DNA of 64,000 bases, taken from assembly GCA_041486045.1 (NCBI GenBank), contig JBGPKR010000003.1:4295-68294 (forward strand), written 5' to 3'. Positions within the stretch are counted from its first letter, which is position 1, and each line of letters starts with the position of its first letter. Source of the DNA: Chitinophagaceae bacterium (GTDB lineage: Bacteria; Bacteroidota; Bacteroidia; Chitinophagales; Chitinophagaceae). A model generated the notes under the pieces. That model was given only the letters and a program-made list of their open reading frames with translations. It ran no database searches and was not told the origin of the DNA. The translations under genes and the position numbers were made by a program. Shown one piece after another: positions 63,133 to 64,000 of the stretch.

Positions 63133-63546
63133 TTAATTGACCATAAGCCTGGTACGGCGGATAGGTCTTCGGTTTATTTGTTCCTGTCGCAGCGTTCGCA
63201 ATTCTCTGATGAATATCTCCTGGTGTTCATAAATCTGGTTACACCTTTTTTCTCCAACAATATCTTTGAATTCATTTCTGTAACGTATTCGCAATTCAGC
63301 AATTCTAAGTTGCAACAGGGGCTTATCATTTCTGTTTGTTTGAAGCGTCATCTTCCATTCCCTGAAATAGCGGAAAAAAACAGGGTTAAATCTTTCTGCT
63401 TCTGCTCTTGAAAGACCCATTCTTCTTTGAATGAACTCACTCATCTTTTCACGGATCTTGTCATTATTGTTATTTTCATCCTCCTGTGCAAAACAAGAGA
63501 AAGATGTATAAAGAGTTAAACCTAATATGATAAAAATTTTTTTCAT
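63133..63546 (-). CDS. Exported helical hypothetical protein
   Basis: Signal peptide; MGLSRAEAERFNPVF helical hairpin. Confidence 0.8.
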   Translation of the reverse strand: MKKIFIILGLTLYTSFSCFAQEDENNNNDKIREKMSEFIQRRMGLSRAEAERFNPVFFRYFREWKMTLQTNRNDKPLLQLRIAELRIRYRNEFKDIVGEKRCNQIYEHQEIFIRELRTLRQEQINRRPIRRTRLMVN

Positions 63547-63556
63547 CTTTAACCAA

Positions 63557-64000
63557 TTAATTCATCACGCTGTTATCGTTGGTTTCAGGATCAGGAGCCG
63601 CATCGAGAAAATCCTGAATTTCTTTATCTGAAACATCTTTCATCAATTCTTTGATCTCTTCGGGCCTGACGGGACTGGTAGCTACCGCAGCCTGGTTAGT
63701 AAGTTCTTCATCCGCTAGTTTTACAAAAGCATCAATATCTGCTTTGTCAATCTCCTTGATGCTTTTCTTGACCCATGCATAAGGTTGTTCCACGGGGTCA
63801 ACATTATTCCGGGAAATAAAATAAATAAATCCTGCTAACACTATCACGCCGGTTACAACAGCCGCCGCTGCATAACGGAACCATTTACGGCTTGTGATTG
63901 AAATAATTCTGGCTGCTGGTTTATTTCTTTTTTCGCCAAGGCTTTCAAAATATCCCTGCGGAACAGAATAAGGCATTGTTCTTTTCAATCCACCCAGCAA
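63557..64000 (-). CDS. Single-TM hypothetical protein, 3' part (anti-sigma-like; 5' end outside window)
   Basis: YSVPQGYFESL, WFRYAAAAVVTG TM segment; anti-sigma role is inference. Confidence 0.65.
   Translation of the reverse strand: MLGGLKRTMPYSVPQGYFESLGEKRNKPAARIISITSRKWFRYAAAAVVTGVIVLAGFIYFISRNNVDPVEQPYAWVKKSIKEIDKADIDAFVKLADEELTNQAAVATSPVRPEEIKELMKDVSDKEIQDFLDAAPDPETNDNSVMN

Overview
64 kb of a Bacteroidota chromosome, most likely Chitinophagaceae (inferred from TAnnTTTG -7 promoters, a SusC/SusD pair, PorZ and T9SS-type cargo). It is mostly housekeeping genes: alaS, gatB, porZ-recO, prfA, gcvH, serS, purD, kynA and mreBCD-mrdA-rodA, plus an orphan susCD pair and three tandem POT peptide transporters. 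I found no rRNA, tRNA, CRISPR array, integrase or transposase. Four things stand out. (1) A ~100-nt candidate small RNA at ~24125-24227 has its own TAAATTTG promoter and intrinsic terminator, and is antisense over 27 nt (24 identities, 12-nt perfect seed on the AUG) to the translation-initiation region of the susC gene 9 kb away; other outer-membrane genes in the window also start ATGAGAAAA. (2) A ~9.5-kb accessory block (T9SS cargo, LytTR two-component system, S74-chaperone fibre, CDC-like pore-former) is bounded by two diverged copies of the DUF1501 3' end. (3) GC-rich palindromic repeat elements occur between genes and in frame inside gatB, an amidohydrolase and probably an MBL hydrolase. 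(4) Short 7-, 8- and 9-bp tandem arrays, often as inverted pairs, abut start and stop codons. All calls are from reading the sequence; no database searches were run.
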